Shown: positions 35,162 through 44,815 of the stretch, piece by piece | Position numbering within the stretch: the stretch's first letter is position 1 | Layout: the number at the start of each line of letters is the position of its first letter | Translations under genes and position numbers: made by a program | Origin: Calditrichaceae bacterium | GTDB lineage: Bacteria; Calditrichota; Calditrichia; Calditrichales; JBFXGD01 | Length of the DNA: 64,000 nucleotides | NCBI GenBank assembly: GCA_050173015.1 | Contig: JBFXLE010000007.1 | Span: forward strand, 119,658-183,657 | Direction: 5' to 3' | The notes under the pieces: model-generated | Database searches by the model: none | The model's input: only the letters and a program-made list of their open reading frames with translations | Told to the model about the DNA's origin: nothing

Positions 35162-37771
35162 CTAAAAAGCAAACCCGATTTTCCAATACGTAAAAATCCC
35201 GTCATCCGATCGGGCGACATTTAATGAAGCTGTATAGTTACGGTTTACGGGCGCGAAATAAACACCTCCTCCAAAACTGCCGTGCCAGCCATCCGGGCTT
35301 TCACCTTCATACCATATTCGGCCCGCGTCTGTAAATCCGATTACTCCGACATCCGATGGAAAAATAATCCGCGTTCTTTTCAGAAACCAGCGGATCTCTG
35401 CCCCCCCTGTGACGGCCACGTCTCCCGCAAAACGCTGGATATTATATCCACGCAATGACTCCACCCCGCCGATGTACGCGGCATGATAATACGGAAATTC
35501 ACCGGAGACATGCTGGATTTGAGTCCGGAAAGCGATAGTCACTCTCGTTTTTAGAGGAAGAAACGAATTTCCGTTCAAAGTCATACGTGTATAAGCATGG
35601 GTATTGTCAAACATTTCCGGATAATGTGTAATAAATCCGTTCAACAATATACCGCGCCGCGCCGCAACCTCATTATCCCGGGTGTCATAGGTAAATCCGG
35701 CGCCTAAACCAAAGGTATGATGAATATCAATGCCATAAGGTCGCTGTATTTTGATCAGAGATTCTTCATCAAGTTCCGTAAACAGATATTGATATGAAAG
35801 ATCAAATTGCACCGATATGGATGGCTGAATTTCTCTGAGTCCTTTTACATCCACGCGGAAATGATTATTTCTGGCGCGATAGAAGTGATCTTCTTCAAGG
35901 TTTTCGTCTTTTTTTGAATCATTCCCATAACCAAAAAAATTCGGTTTATCTTCCGGAACCGCGGTTTTGACATCAAATTTTAACCGCATACCGGGGATTA
36001 TCTCAAAAAAATCTCCCTTGTACTCAATCTGAAAAGCGGAGGTACGGAAGACATAACTTCCCGATAATTTGTGGCGGCTTACATACGGTTCCGCTCTGAA
36101 TCCGTATTTGGTTACCTGAGCGCCTCCTCCCAGGAAAAGACCGTTATCGCGGTCATATCCGAATATCGGGAGCGGCGCCCAGACCGCTCCGTAATCAAAC
36201 GGCGGCTGAAGTTCTTTACCCTGAAGTGTATGCTTCAGGCGTGATTCCGGATAACCGATTGGCGGACGCTCAAAGGCTGATTTCTTTTTTGAAAGTACGA
36301 CTTTCGCAGCCGTGCCTTCTTTAACCTTAATGCCCTTTTCCGTATCATAAAAAAATATTTTCCCGGCAGTTTTTTCTCCGGCCAGCTGATCATCTCCCTT
36401 TCCCCCGATAATCCGGATGACAATCTTTTCAGCTCCCGCCCCGGTGACTCTTACTTCGTCATTACCGCCGAGCATATAAATCCTTATCTCATCGGTTTCT
36501 TGCGGTGTAAAAATTCTGCTGTAAAAAACCGATTTCTTCTGTTCTAATTCTGATATTGTCAATCGGATTTCACCATTTTCAAGCCTTGAAATCTCCAGCA
36601 GTTCAGGACTGTCAGTCAACTGAATATCAACCGCCTTCGTCAGTTGACGGTAATAGGACAACGCTAAATCGACCATCTGATCACGGCGTATTTTAAGACG
36701 CTTGACCACCAAGTTCCCGACCTGATTATAAATTTCATCCGGAAGCGCCTTTACCGCGTCTTCCAAAATCAGGTCATCCATTTGTTTAACAAAATCTTCC
36801 GATATCCGACGCCAATCTTCTTTCGTTAAAGAATTTAAGAGTCTGGCATCCAGATAGCGCGCTTTATGCGTAAGACTTATGATATCCGGATTGTTTTTGT
36901 TAAAGCCATCAATCCCCCTGTCCACCCATCTTTTATCGATTATCGACGGAATGATTCCGTCATAGACGACAAAGGCAAAATCCCGGTCACGCGCGATCGG
37001 TTTCCATATATGAATCTCTCCTCTCTTAAAGCGCGCCCAGCGCCACTGATCCGCGTGGCGGTCCCAGTCACCAATAAATATATCCAGAAGCCGGGCGGTA
37101 AGATATGCCCGGGCATCAATCTTTTCACCGGGATCTTCATCCAGTTTTTTGCTAAATTTTTCAGTACCAATTATTTTATCGGAATCCGCAAATCCCGGCG
37201 TATCTTCTTCGCTCTCATCCGCTCTTTCTTCTATTGAACCCAACAAGCCGGCGAAATCGTTATAATATTCACCTAAGATTTTATCATGAGGCATTACGAA
37301 GTAATAAGGTTTTGAATGCAGAACATCGAGCCTGTCTGCCAGCTTATCGACGATCAGCGAGCCGAAAGGAAGCATAAGGCCGATCTGGTCCTTCCCGAAA
37401 GTTTCAATGATGGTGCCTTTTAATTCTTCAGGTAAAGCCCTTCCCGGAAACTTATCTACAGAACGAAATACCCATGTTTTTCCATCGGCGCCCTTAAATC
37501 GCAATGAATTGGTTTGCAGACCGCCGCCTCTTTTCAAAGGCACCAGTCCTCCCGCGAAAGTATTAAGATCCAGTCGCGGCACTTGTACCGGAGTGTTCCA
37601 TACATCACGATATCCATTGCCAAGAATCAATCTATGCAATTTACCGGCTTGGTATTGGGCTCCCGGTATAATTGTCACGAGCGAATCGGAACTCGCGCTC
37701 AGACCGGTCACCAATATGCCCGTCAGAATGAATATCCGGTACAGAATCGTTGAATAGCTTAGATTCATCAT
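35162..37771 (-). CDS. Omp85/BamA-TamA family outer-membrane protein with N-terminal atypical-kinase-like domain
   Basis: Signal peptide; C-terminal barrel with SLRGY loop-6 motif and terminal GFAF; N-terminal GGG, DWDRH, DRDFAF motifs. Confidence 0.8.
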   Translation of the reverse strand: MMNLSYSTILYRIFILTGILVTGLSASSDSLVTIIPGAQYQAGKLHRLILGNGYRDVWNTPVQVPRLDLNTFAGGLVPLKRGGGLQTNSLRFKGADGKTWVFRSVDKFPGRALPEELKGTIIETFGKDQIGLMLPFGSLIVDKLADRLDVLHSKPYYFVMPHDKILGEYYNDFAGLLGSIEERADESEEDTPGFADSDKIIGTEKFSKKLDEDPGEKIDARAYLTARLLDIFIGDWDRHADQWRWARFKRGEIHIWKPIARDRDFAFVVYDGIIPSIIDKRWVDRGIDGFNKNNPDIISLTHKARYLDARLLNSLTKEDWRRISEDFVKQMDDLILEDAVKALPDEIYNQVGNLVVKRLKIRRDQMVDLALSYYRQLTKAVDIQLTDSPELLEISRLENGEIRLTISELEQKKSVFYSRIFTPQETDEIRIYMLGGNDEVRVTGAGAEKIVIRIIGGKGDDQLAGEKTAGKIFFYDTEKGIKVKEGTAAKVVLSKKKSAFERPPIGYPESRLKHTLQGKELQPPFDYGAVWAPLPIFGYDRDNGLFLGGGAQVTKYGFRAEPYVSRHKLSGSYVFRTSAFQIEYKGDFFEIIPGMRLKFDVKTAVPEDKPNFFGYGNDSKKDENLEEDHFYRARNNHFRVDVKGLREIQPSISVQFDLSYQYLFTELDEESLIKIQRPYGIDIHHTFGLGAGFTYDTRDNEVAARRGILLNGFITHYPEMFDNTHAYTRMTLNGNSFLPLKTRVTIAFRTQIQHVSGEFPYYHAAYIGGVESLRGYNIQRFAGDVAVTGGAEIRWFLKRTRIIFPSDVGVIGFTDAGRIWYEGESPDGWHGSFGGGVYFAPVNRNYTASLNVARSDDGIFTYWKIGFAF

Positions 37772-37960
37772 CTTATTCCGTCTATTGCGGTTTAAACCGT
37801 GACACCAATCTGTTTAAATGACGACTTAATACTGATTCTAAAAACTTCAAACATTATTATTTCAGGTGTGTGTCACATTATAAAATTAGATTATTCTATT
37901 TAAAAATCAACAATTTCCCTGATAAAACCTTGCTAAATTTAACTTGAAGGAAATCATTGT

Positions 37961-37989
37961 TTGACATACTACGGCATATTTTTTATTTT
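37961..37989 (+). promoter_or_regulatory. Putative sigma70 promoter of carbonic anhydrase
   Basis: TTGACA-N17-TATTTT. Confidence 0.45.
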
Positions 37990-38101
37990 ATTAACAACTA
38001 CCAGGTCATAGAAGTTCTTAACATTTTAGCCACGCTTTGAACAATCTCATAACTGAGAGATATTGAATAAACCAAAACCATTAATATTTGGAGATTATTA
38101 A

Positions 38102-38692
38102 ATGTCTTCTGAACCGATAACCGCCAAAGAATCTTTAAAAAAACTGCTCGAAGGCAATAAACGTTTTGCCGGCGACAACGCTATTCAGCCAAACCAGACA
38201 TCAAAACGCCGGACGTCTCTGCAGGAAACACAAAATCCCTTTGCGGTTATCATGACATGCGCCGACTCGAGAGTATCCCCCGAGATAATATTTGATCAGG
38301 GACTCGGAGATCTTTTTGTCACACGGGTTGCGGGTAATGTCGCAAGTGACTTTGCTTTGGGAACAATCGAGTATGCCGCCATCCAGCTAAATGTGCCATT
38401 AGTGCTTGTTGTTGGCCACTCTGCCTGCGCTGCCGTTCAGGGGGCTATGAATATTTCCGGAATTTCCGGTCAGTTTATCAGTGTCGCGAAAGCCATTAAA
38501 CCGGCAATTGATCGGCTCGACATTCATCTGAGAAACGATATGGAGACAGTGATTAAGGAAAATGCGAAGATGGTAGCCGAACAAATAAGTTCATCCGGAC
38601 CGCTTATCGCTGATCTCGTTTCTTCAGGCAAATTAACCGTCCTAAGCGCCTTTTATAATTTTTCAACCGGATTGGTTGAAGTTATCTCTTAA
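38102..38692 (+). CDS. Beta-class carbonic anhydrase
   Basis: CADSR and HSAC Zn ligands, GDLFVTRVAGN. Confidence 0.95.
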   Translation: MSSEPITAKESLKKLLEGNKRFAGDNAIQPNQTSKRRTSLQETQNPFAVIMTCADSRVSPEIIFDQGLGDLFVTRVAGNVASDFALGTIEYAAIQLNVPLVLVVGHSACAAVQGAMNISGISGQFISVAKAIKPAIDRLDIHLRNDMETVIKENAKMVAEQISSSGPLIADLVSSGKLTVLSAFYNFSTGLVEVIS

Positions 38693-38860
38693 GAATCGAT
38701 CGCAGAATCTTCAAATTAAACTTTATTTTGGGTGGAATATCAAAGCGTATTTTTATTGTTTAATTTGATAATTGAATAATTTAATATTTAAAATTTTATG
38801 CCGATATGATATAAAACTCATTAAAATTGTCTATAATAAAATATATCCAGGGGAGTTCAT

Positions 38861-39178
38861 ATGGACCACGAAAATTTACCGGAAAAATACCGTTTGCTTA
38901 AGGAAAATCGGAAGAACTACATCAAGGCTATGGAAACGCTCGGAGAGGCTGTTCGGAAAGAAGGTCCTATTGATGAAAAGACCACCCATCTCATTCAATT
39001 AGCGGGCGCGGCTACTCTTCGATCAGAAGGCGCGGTGCACAGTCACGCCAGACGAGCCCTTGAAGCGGGCGCCACACCTGAAGAGATCTATCACGCGGTC
39101 ATTTTATTGACTCCGACCATCGGATTTCCAAACGTAGCCGCCGCGCTGAGTTGGGTTGATGATGTCATTGAAAAATAG
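38861..39178 (+). CDS. Carboxymuconolactone decarboxylase (CMD/AhpD-like) family protein, no CxxC
   Basis: HSHARRALEAGATPEEI, TIGFP. Confidence 0.88.
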   Translation: MDHENLPEKYRLLKENRKNYIKAMETLGEAVRKEGPIDEKTTHLIQLAGAATLRSEGAVHSHARRALEAGATPEEIYHAVILLTPTIGFPNVAAALSWVDDVIEK

Positions 39179-39205
39179 TATTTCAGTGCCTCTAGTCATT
39201 TTAAA

Positions 39206-39239
39206 CCGGATATAATAAATGAAAATATCCGGTGTTTTT
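39206..39239 (+). terminator. Probable terminator after CMD gene
   Basis: ACCGGATAT...ATATCCGGT followed by GTTTTT; between convergent genes. Confidence 0.5.
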
Positions 39240-39275
39240 ATATTAACGGCGATTTATCTCATTTGAATCATACTA

Positions 39276-40139
39276 TTAATGAAACCGGCGCAAACCGTCC
39301 CAGCCCATTTTCTTTTTTATCGGTAAGGGTAAATGTTTTTGACTGATATCGATTGGAAACCAGAGTTCCTTGTTTTTATATTTTAAAATATACAACGGAC
39401 AGGCGGGTGTATCACCCTGAGCAACCAGGGCCGCTAAATTGCCATATTCATCTTTGGCCAGATCCATGATCATAACCGCGTGCCCTTTTCGTCCTTTTTT
39501 GACAAAAAAATCTCCGATTTGCAATTCTACAGCGGGAATATCTTTGTAAAAATGATAAAAAGTTTGTGTACCCGAATATTCAAATATCACACGAAGATAT
39601 TTTTCATAATTATCATGGGAAAAATCCTGACCGGAAATTTTTCTTAAGAAAAAATGCAGGCCCGCGAAATCAGGACGGTAACCTTCTGCCCACTGATTCC
39701 ACGAAAAGGCCAGTCCGTCCGGCAACGGAAATACAATTTGTTTTTTTAAACCTGAAGTCCAAAGATAATCCGCCCGAATTCGAATCAGAATATCCATACA
39801 TTGTTCGAGATTTCTGCCCGAAATATCGATGGCGGTCACGGCAGCGAGAGTGGTATCACCGGAGTTGACGCTTATTTTTCCACGATAGTCCAATACAGCT
39901 GTTTCAGGTGGCATCAGCGGCAAATTCCGCAAATATTCAGCAAAACCGCCTTTTTCGGCCGGTAACCTTTTGAACCCCCGGGGTGGTGGAAATCTTTCTT
40001 CGATGGTCTCAAATTTTTGTAAACCGTATGCCTGGGGATCCTGGTATCTGATTTGTCCGAATAAGCCGGAATTATTCAAAAAAATGAGTAAGAATACCGC
40101 TAAATTGACTGTTGTTTTCACACCAAACGGATCAGTCAT
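39276..40139 (-). CDS. Secreted DUF4846-like protein (putative Cys-His hydrolase)
   Basis: PPP.GF.R, YLRNLPL, QCMD..IR.RA.YLW, GHAV, AQG..PA; hydrophobic N-terminus. Confidence 0.7.
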   Translation of the reverse strand: MTDPFGVKTTVNLAVFLLIFLNNSGLFGQIRYQDPQAYGLQKFETIEERFPPPRGFKRLPAEKGGFAEYLRNLPLMPPETAVLDYRGKISVNSGDTTLAAVTAIDISGRNLEQCMDILIRIRADYLWTSGLKKQIVFPLPDGLAFSWNQWAEGYRPDFAGLHFFLRKISGQDFSHDNYEKYLRVIFEYSGTQTFYHFYKDIPAVELQIGDFFVKKGRKGHAVMIMDLAKDEYGNLAALVAQGDTPACPLYILKYKNKELWFPIDISQKHLPLPIKKKMGWDGLRRFH

Positions 40140-40911
40140 TGATTTCAAAAGAATCTCCATCCATCCAGGCCGGAAATTTCTCCCGGTATCCGGTCAGCGT
40201 ATGTTGTGAAAGTCTTGCAGTACTGATCATTTCATTCTCCCGCTGACGAACCAGTTCATTCCCCAGAGGATCAATTATGGAAGAATCACCTATATATTCT
40301 ATCCCTATGCCATCCCGTCCAACACGATTTACCCCGGCCACATAACATTGATTTTCTATCCCCCTGGCTGCCAAAAGCGCGCGCCAGTGATTCGCCCTGC
40401 GCTCCGGCCAATTGGCGATAAAAATGGCCATGTCATATTCATTATTCCGGTTGCGACACCAAACAGGGAAGCGGAGGTCGTAGCATACAAACGGGCGGAT
40501 TTTCCATCCTTTGAGATCAACAGTTAATGTCTTATTGCCCGCGGAATATGTCTTATGCTCATCAGCCATGCGAAACAGATGACGCTTATCATATGTAAAC
40601 AACTGCCCGTCCGGCTTAGCCCAAAACAACCGGTTATAAAAACTCCCGTTCTCGTTGATAATCAGGCTTCCAACGAGATCAACTTTTTTCTGAGCGGACT
40701 TTTTGAGCATCCATTTTACTGACGGGCCGTCAGGTGGTTCTGCCAGCCGCGCCGCGTTCATACTGAACCCGGTGGTGAACATCTCCGGAAGAATAATTAA
40801 ATCGTTCGCCTCCGTAATCGATTCAATTTTCGCATCGAAACGTGATATATTCTTTGCCGCGTCTTCCCAAACCAGATCGGCCTGAATAATGGTAATATTT
40901 AAATCCTGCAT
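40132..40911 (-). CDS. yafV: Carbon-nitrogen hydrolase / omega-amidase (YafV-like)
   Basis: LPEMFTTGF, YDKRHLF, VCYDLRFP (Glu-Lys-Cys triad); start ATG 40911. Confidence 0.9.
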   Translation of the reverse strand: MQDLNITIIQADLVWEDAAKNISRFDAKIESITEANDLIILPEMFTTGFSMNAARLAEPPDGPSVKWMLKKSAQKKVDLVGSLIINENGSFYNRLFWAKPDGQLFTYDKRHLFRMADEHKTYSAGNKTLTVDLKGWKIRPFVCYDLRFPVWCRNRNNEYDMAIFIANWPERRANHWRALLAARGIENQCYVAGVNRVGRDGIGIEYIGDSSIIDPLGNELVRQRENEMISTARLSQHTLTGYREKFPAWMDGDSFEIND

Positions 40912-42056
40912 AACTTCTCCGCGGCTCTTTTGAGTGTTTCTTCTTTTTTGGCGAAACAAAATCTTAACACATGGTTGTCATCATTTTGGTTATAAAAAAC
41001 GGATGTCGGAATACTTGCAATTTGATATTCCTTTGTCAGCCGGACGGCAAAATCCATTTCTTTTTCATCGCTGATTCCCGAATAATCTAACAGTTGAAAA
41101 TATGTTCCCTGACATGACAAAACATTAAAACGCGAATTTTTTATTAAATCCAAAAAAAGATCACGTTTTTTCTGGTAAAAATCTGATAATCCCAAATAAA
41201 GATCTTTATTGCTCAAAAACTCCGCGTAAGCGTACTGTACCGGAGTATTGACCGCATAAGTGATAAATTGATGTATTTTTCTGAATTCATCCGTTAAAAC
41301 CTTTGGCGCCAGACAATACCCGACTTTCCACCCGGTTGTGTGATATGTTTTCCCGAATGAACTGATGACCATGCTCCTGGAGGCCAGATCCGGATATCGG
41401 CTCATACTTAGATGCTCCCGGCCGTCAAAGATGATATGTTCATAAACTTCATCACTGATGATGATAATATTGGTACCTAAAACAATACTTTTTAATAGAT
41501 GAATATCGCTATTGTTTAGCGTCGTTCCGCTTGGATTATGCGGTGAATTAATAATAATTGCCCTGGTTTTATCAGTAATCGCGTTTTTAACTTCGCTCCA
41601 GTCAATATGATAATCCGGCAATTTCATTTGTATAAAAACCGGTTTCCCGCCATTGTATTCGATCACGGGCACGTATGCGTCATACCAGGGTTCAAATACA
41701 ATCACCTCGTCACCCGGATGAACTATGGAGGTGATGGCGGCATAAAGCGCTTCCGTGGCCCCGGCGGTTATTGTTATTTCATTCCCGGGATCATAATCGG
41801 TGCCGTACAATTCTTCCGTTTTCCCGGCGATGGCTTCCCTGAGCGCTGATACCCCCTGCATGGGAGCATACTGGTTATATCCGTTCTTCATATATTTATT
41901 CACCAGGTTGACAAGATCCGGACTGGGATCGAAATCAGGGAAACCCTGTGATAAATTTACGGCCTGATATTCAGTAGCCAGTTTTGACATCACCGCAAAA
42001 ATGGACAGATTTAAATCAGGTTGTTTTGAGTGGATTTTTAAGGAGGATGCAATCAT
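40899..42056 (-). CDS. ybdL: PLP-dependent methionine/aromatic aminotransferase (YbdL-like)
   Basis: NLSQGFPDF, SDEVYEHI, SSFGKTYHTTGWKVGY, RFCFAKK. Confidence 0.9.
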   Translation of the reverse strand: MIASSLKIHSKQPDLNLSIFAVMSKLATEYQAVNLSQGFPDFDPSPDLVNLVNKYMKNGYNQYAPMQGVSALREAIAGKTEELYGTDYDPGNEITITAGATEALYAAITSIVHPGDEVIVFEPWYDAYVPVIEYNGGKPVFIQMKLPDYHIDWSEVKNAITDKTRAIIINSPHNPSGTTLNNSDIHLLKSIVLGTNIIIISDEVYEHIIFDGREHLSMSRYPDLASRSMVISSFGKTYHTTGWKVGYCLAPKVLTDEFRKIHQFITYAVNTPVQYAYAEFLSNKDLYLGLSDFYQKKRDLFLDLIKNSRFNVLSCQGTYFQLLDYSGISDEKEMDFAVRLTKEYQIASIPTSVFYNQNDDNHVLRFCFAKKEETLKRAAEKLCRI

Positions 42057-42526
42057 GATTCCGTTTCTTCTCCTGGACCAATATTTTCAATTTTATTTTT
42101 ATCCCGGATAACCGATCCGAGCCCAAGTGAAAATCCGATGGCATAAAAGGCCAGCCAAAACCCCGATAGACCTCTAAGTTTTATGGCTGAAACATTGCTA
42201 TCGATATAGCCGCCGCCGGATTTAAAAGACATGGATGAAATAAAATTTACAAAGGAATATACGATAACCATATAAGTAAAATATTTTAACCAGACGGGAA
42301 TCAAACTAAATAGGTCCACCCAGGGATTTCCCCCGGGATATTCACTTTTGTGATGCCTCATAATTCTGCTTGAATACAGCCATGAAAGGATAATACCTGA
42401 TGTCATAATTAGAATAACCCAGCTATGTGGCAGATAAAGTTCAAGATAAATAACCAGGTGAAGCACAAAACTTGTTATAAATCCCCCTGCCAAAATATAA
42501 TTGATTTGATCCGTTTTTAATCGCAT
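42053..42526 (-). CDS. Hypothetical membrane protein (about 4 TM)
   Basis: Four hydrophobic segments; ATGA overlap with ybdL. Confidence 0.7.
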   Translation of the reverse strand: MRLKTDQINYILAGGFITSFVLHLVIYLELYLPHSWVILIMTSGIILSWLYSSRIMRHHKSEYPGGNPWVDLFSLIPVWLKYFTYMVIVYSFVNFISSMSFKSGGGYIDSNVSAIKLRGLSGFWLAFYAIGFSLGLGSVIRDKNKIENIGPGEETES

Positions 42527-42546
42527 GAATTTCCTTAGGCTATGAT

Positions 42547-42584
42547 TTTTATTCTATATTTCATTAATCAAATATAGAATAAAA
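42547..42584. promoter_or_regulatory. Near-perfect 38-bp palindrome (candidate operator)
   Basis: TTTTATTCTATATTT-cattaatc-AAATATAGAATAAAA, 20 nt upstream of the 42526 start. Confidence 0.5.
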
Positions 42585-42789
42585 TAAACCTGAAATCTAA
42601 TTCCGGGAGTCGGACGGATAAATTATTAATTCCGCGCGCCTAAAACATTTTCGCAATTATGGAAATTTTTCACATGAGTTTCCGACAAATGAGAAAACCC
42701 GAAAATGGTTCAAAATCCAATAAAGTATATAAAAACAACAAATTAAACCACTTGTGCTTTTTTTCATTTTATTGGCATCATTTTTGTCT

Positions 42790-42811
42790 ATCTACATTGA
42801 CAAATGTAGAT
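42790..42811 (+). promoter_or_regulatory. Palindromic operator centred on a TTGACA -35 box upstream of MerR gene
   Basis: ATCTACATT-GACA-AATGTAGAT; TTGACA at 42797-42802. Confidence 0.65.
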
Positions 42812-42849
42812 TTTCTACTTATTTCAAATCACACGAAGTGTAAATTGCA

Positions 42850-43323
42850 ATGAAGAAAAAAATTGATATCTATGACGCGGTATTAACGATAGGCACAGTC
42901 GCGAAACTCGTTGATGTGGCTGTCCAGACCATTAGAATGTATGAACAGGCGGGCCTTATTCTGCCGGTCAAAACCAGCACTGGTCGCCGAATGTATTCCG
43001 CTCGCGATGTTGACAGATTGCGGTGTGTAAGAAATATGATCAGAGAACACGGACTGAATCTGAACGGAATTAAACGACTCATGTCATTATTACCCTGCTG
43101 GGAATTTAAAGGCGGTCTTGATGAAGACTGTCGCCACTGCCCGGCTTATTATGATCTCGAAGGTCCATGCTGGACTTTGAGAAATGTGGGTGATAAATGT
43201 AAAAACGCGAATTGCCGGGATTGCGAAGTTTACCGTATGGAGCTGGATTGCAAGAGACTTAAGGAGATCGTTTTTGGCCACAAACGACCACTGGATCCTC
43301 AGGGGACTAAAAGCGAAAAATAA
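42850..43323 (+). CDS. MerR-family (HspR-like HTH) regulator with Cys-rich 'two-CW' C-terminal domain
   Basis: TIGTVAKLVDVAVQTIRMYEQAGLI.P....GRRMYS; tail CWE..CRHCPAY..CW..C..CRDCEVY..C. Confidence 0.88.
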   Translation: MKKKIDIYDAVLTIGTVAKLVDVAVQTIRMYEQAGLILPVKTSTGRRMYSARDVDRLRCVRNMIREHGLNLNGIKRLMSLLPCWEFKGGLDEDCRHCPAYYDLEGPCWTLRNVGDKCKNANCRDCEVYRMELDCKRLKEIVFGHKRPLDPQGTKSEK

Positions 43324-43419
43324 AATACCTGAACAATTTCACATTAAATAAGCGGTGGCAGGTTAATTAAACCTGTCTATAATTTCAACCATATATTACT
43401 TAAATTAGGAGAAAGCAAA

Positions 43420-44691
43420 ATGAAAGTAAAGACGATTAAAGCTTTTGCAATTCTTTCAGTTGCTGTTTTTGTCCTGTCTCTAACTTCCTCAGAAGCTTTA
43501 GCGACAAATGGTTATTTTAGTCACGGTTATGGAACTCAAAGCAAGGCAATGGCAGGTGTCGGTGTAGCCCTACCGCTTAATACGATGGACGCGGCTTCAA
43601 ATCCCGCAACCATGGTGTTTTTAGGCAACCGTTATGATGTGGCAGTTTCATTGTTTAATCCCAATCGTGAATACACTATTACAGGTAACCCTTCAATGAT
43701 GGAAGGTACTTTTGGATTAGCTCCCGGGACGGTCGAAAGTGACACAAAAACCTTTTTTATCCCTTCTCTGGGCGCCAACTGGATGCTGAATCCGCAAAGT
43801 TCATTCGGATTGTCAATCTTCGGAAATGGCGGTATGAATACCGATTATGACACCAACACGTTCTGGGGAACCACTCCTACGGGCGTCAATATTTCACAAT
43901 TATTTGTTTCAGGTACCTATGCCCGGAAAATTAATGACAATCATGGTTTAGGCATTAGCGCCATATTTGCGTACCAGTATTTCAGCGCTGACGGCCTGGA
44001 AGCATTCGGAGGTTTTTCAACCGACGCCTCGAAATTAACCGGAAATGACAATTCCAATTCAACCGGTTTTGGATTTAGAGTCGGTTATATGGGTTATATA
44101 CTGCCGAATCTAAGTCTTGGCGCTTCCTATCAGTCCAAAATCTATATGAGTGAATTCGATGATTACGCAGGTCTTTTTGCCGAAAAAGGTGATTTTGATA
44201 TTCCGGCCAACTGGACAGTGGGTCTTGCATATAACGCGACTGACGCGCTGACATTTGCCGTTGACGTTCAGCAGGTATTATACAGTGGAATTAAATCAAT
44301 CAACAATCCGATGAATCCGGCTGATTTTCAGCAGGGTATTTTGCTGGGCAGCGACGACGGCGCAGGATTTGGCTGGGATGACATGATGGTTTATAAATTT
44401 GGTGTTCAGTATGCTGCTATTCCTTCGTGGACATTCCGCGCGGGTTATTCATTTGGTGAACAGCCGATTCCGGAAAGTGAAGTCATGTTCAATATCCTCG
44501 CGCCCGGTGTTATAGAACAACATATAACTTTTGGTCTTTCAAAAATGGTTGGTGAAAAAGAAGTCAGCTTGTCGGTAATGCATGCTTTCTCAAATTCTAT
44601 AAGCGGTGCAAATCCAATGGAAGTACCCGGACAGCAGGAAATAGAACTTAAAATGGATCAATGGGAAGTTGAGATCGGCTTTGCATTCTAA
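43420..44691 (+). CDS. OmpP1/FadL/TodX family outer-membrane transporter
   Basis: Signal peptide, hatch ATNGYFSHGYG...AMAG, NPA motif, C-terminal Phe. Confidence 0.9.
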   Translation: MKVKTIKAFAILSVAVFVLSLTSSEALATNGYFSHGYGTQSKAMAGVGVALPLNTMDAASNPATMVFLGNRYDVAVSLFNPNREYTITGNPSMMEGTFGLAPGTVESDTKTFFIPSLGANWMLNPQSSFGLSIFGNGGMNTDYDTNTFWGTTPTGVNISQLFVSGTYARKINDNHGLGISAIFAYQYFSADGLEAFGGFSTDASKLTGNDNSNSTGFGFRVGYMGYILPNLSLGASYQSKIYMSEFDDYAGLFAEKGDFDIPANWTVGLAYNATDALTFAVDVQQVLYSGIKSINNPMNPADFQQGILLGSDDGAGFGWDDMMVYKFGVQYAAIPSWTFRAGYSFGEQPIPESEVMFNILAPGVIEQHITFGLSKMVGEKEVSLSVMHAFSNSISGANPMEVPGQQEIELKMDQWEVEIGFAF

Positions 44692-44742
44692 TTGAAAGAA
44701 TAGAATAATTTTACCGAAAGATCTCTACAAATAAAAATGACA

Positions 44743-44793
44743 AAAAAGCCGTCTCTGCTTTAAAAATCTTGCTGAGACGGCTTTTTCTTTTTT
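44743..44793 (+). terminator. Intrinsic terminator/attenuator after FadL-like gene
   Basis: AAAAAGCCGTCTC...GAGACGGCTTTTT then T-rich tail. Confidence 0.7.
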
Positions 44794-44815
44794 CACGTTA
44801 AAAGGGGTCCTAAGA

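Noticed and set aside
42850-43323. Calling the regulator hspR or soxR
   Set aside because: No dnaK/dnaJ context or HAIR motif; Cys pattern differs from SoxR
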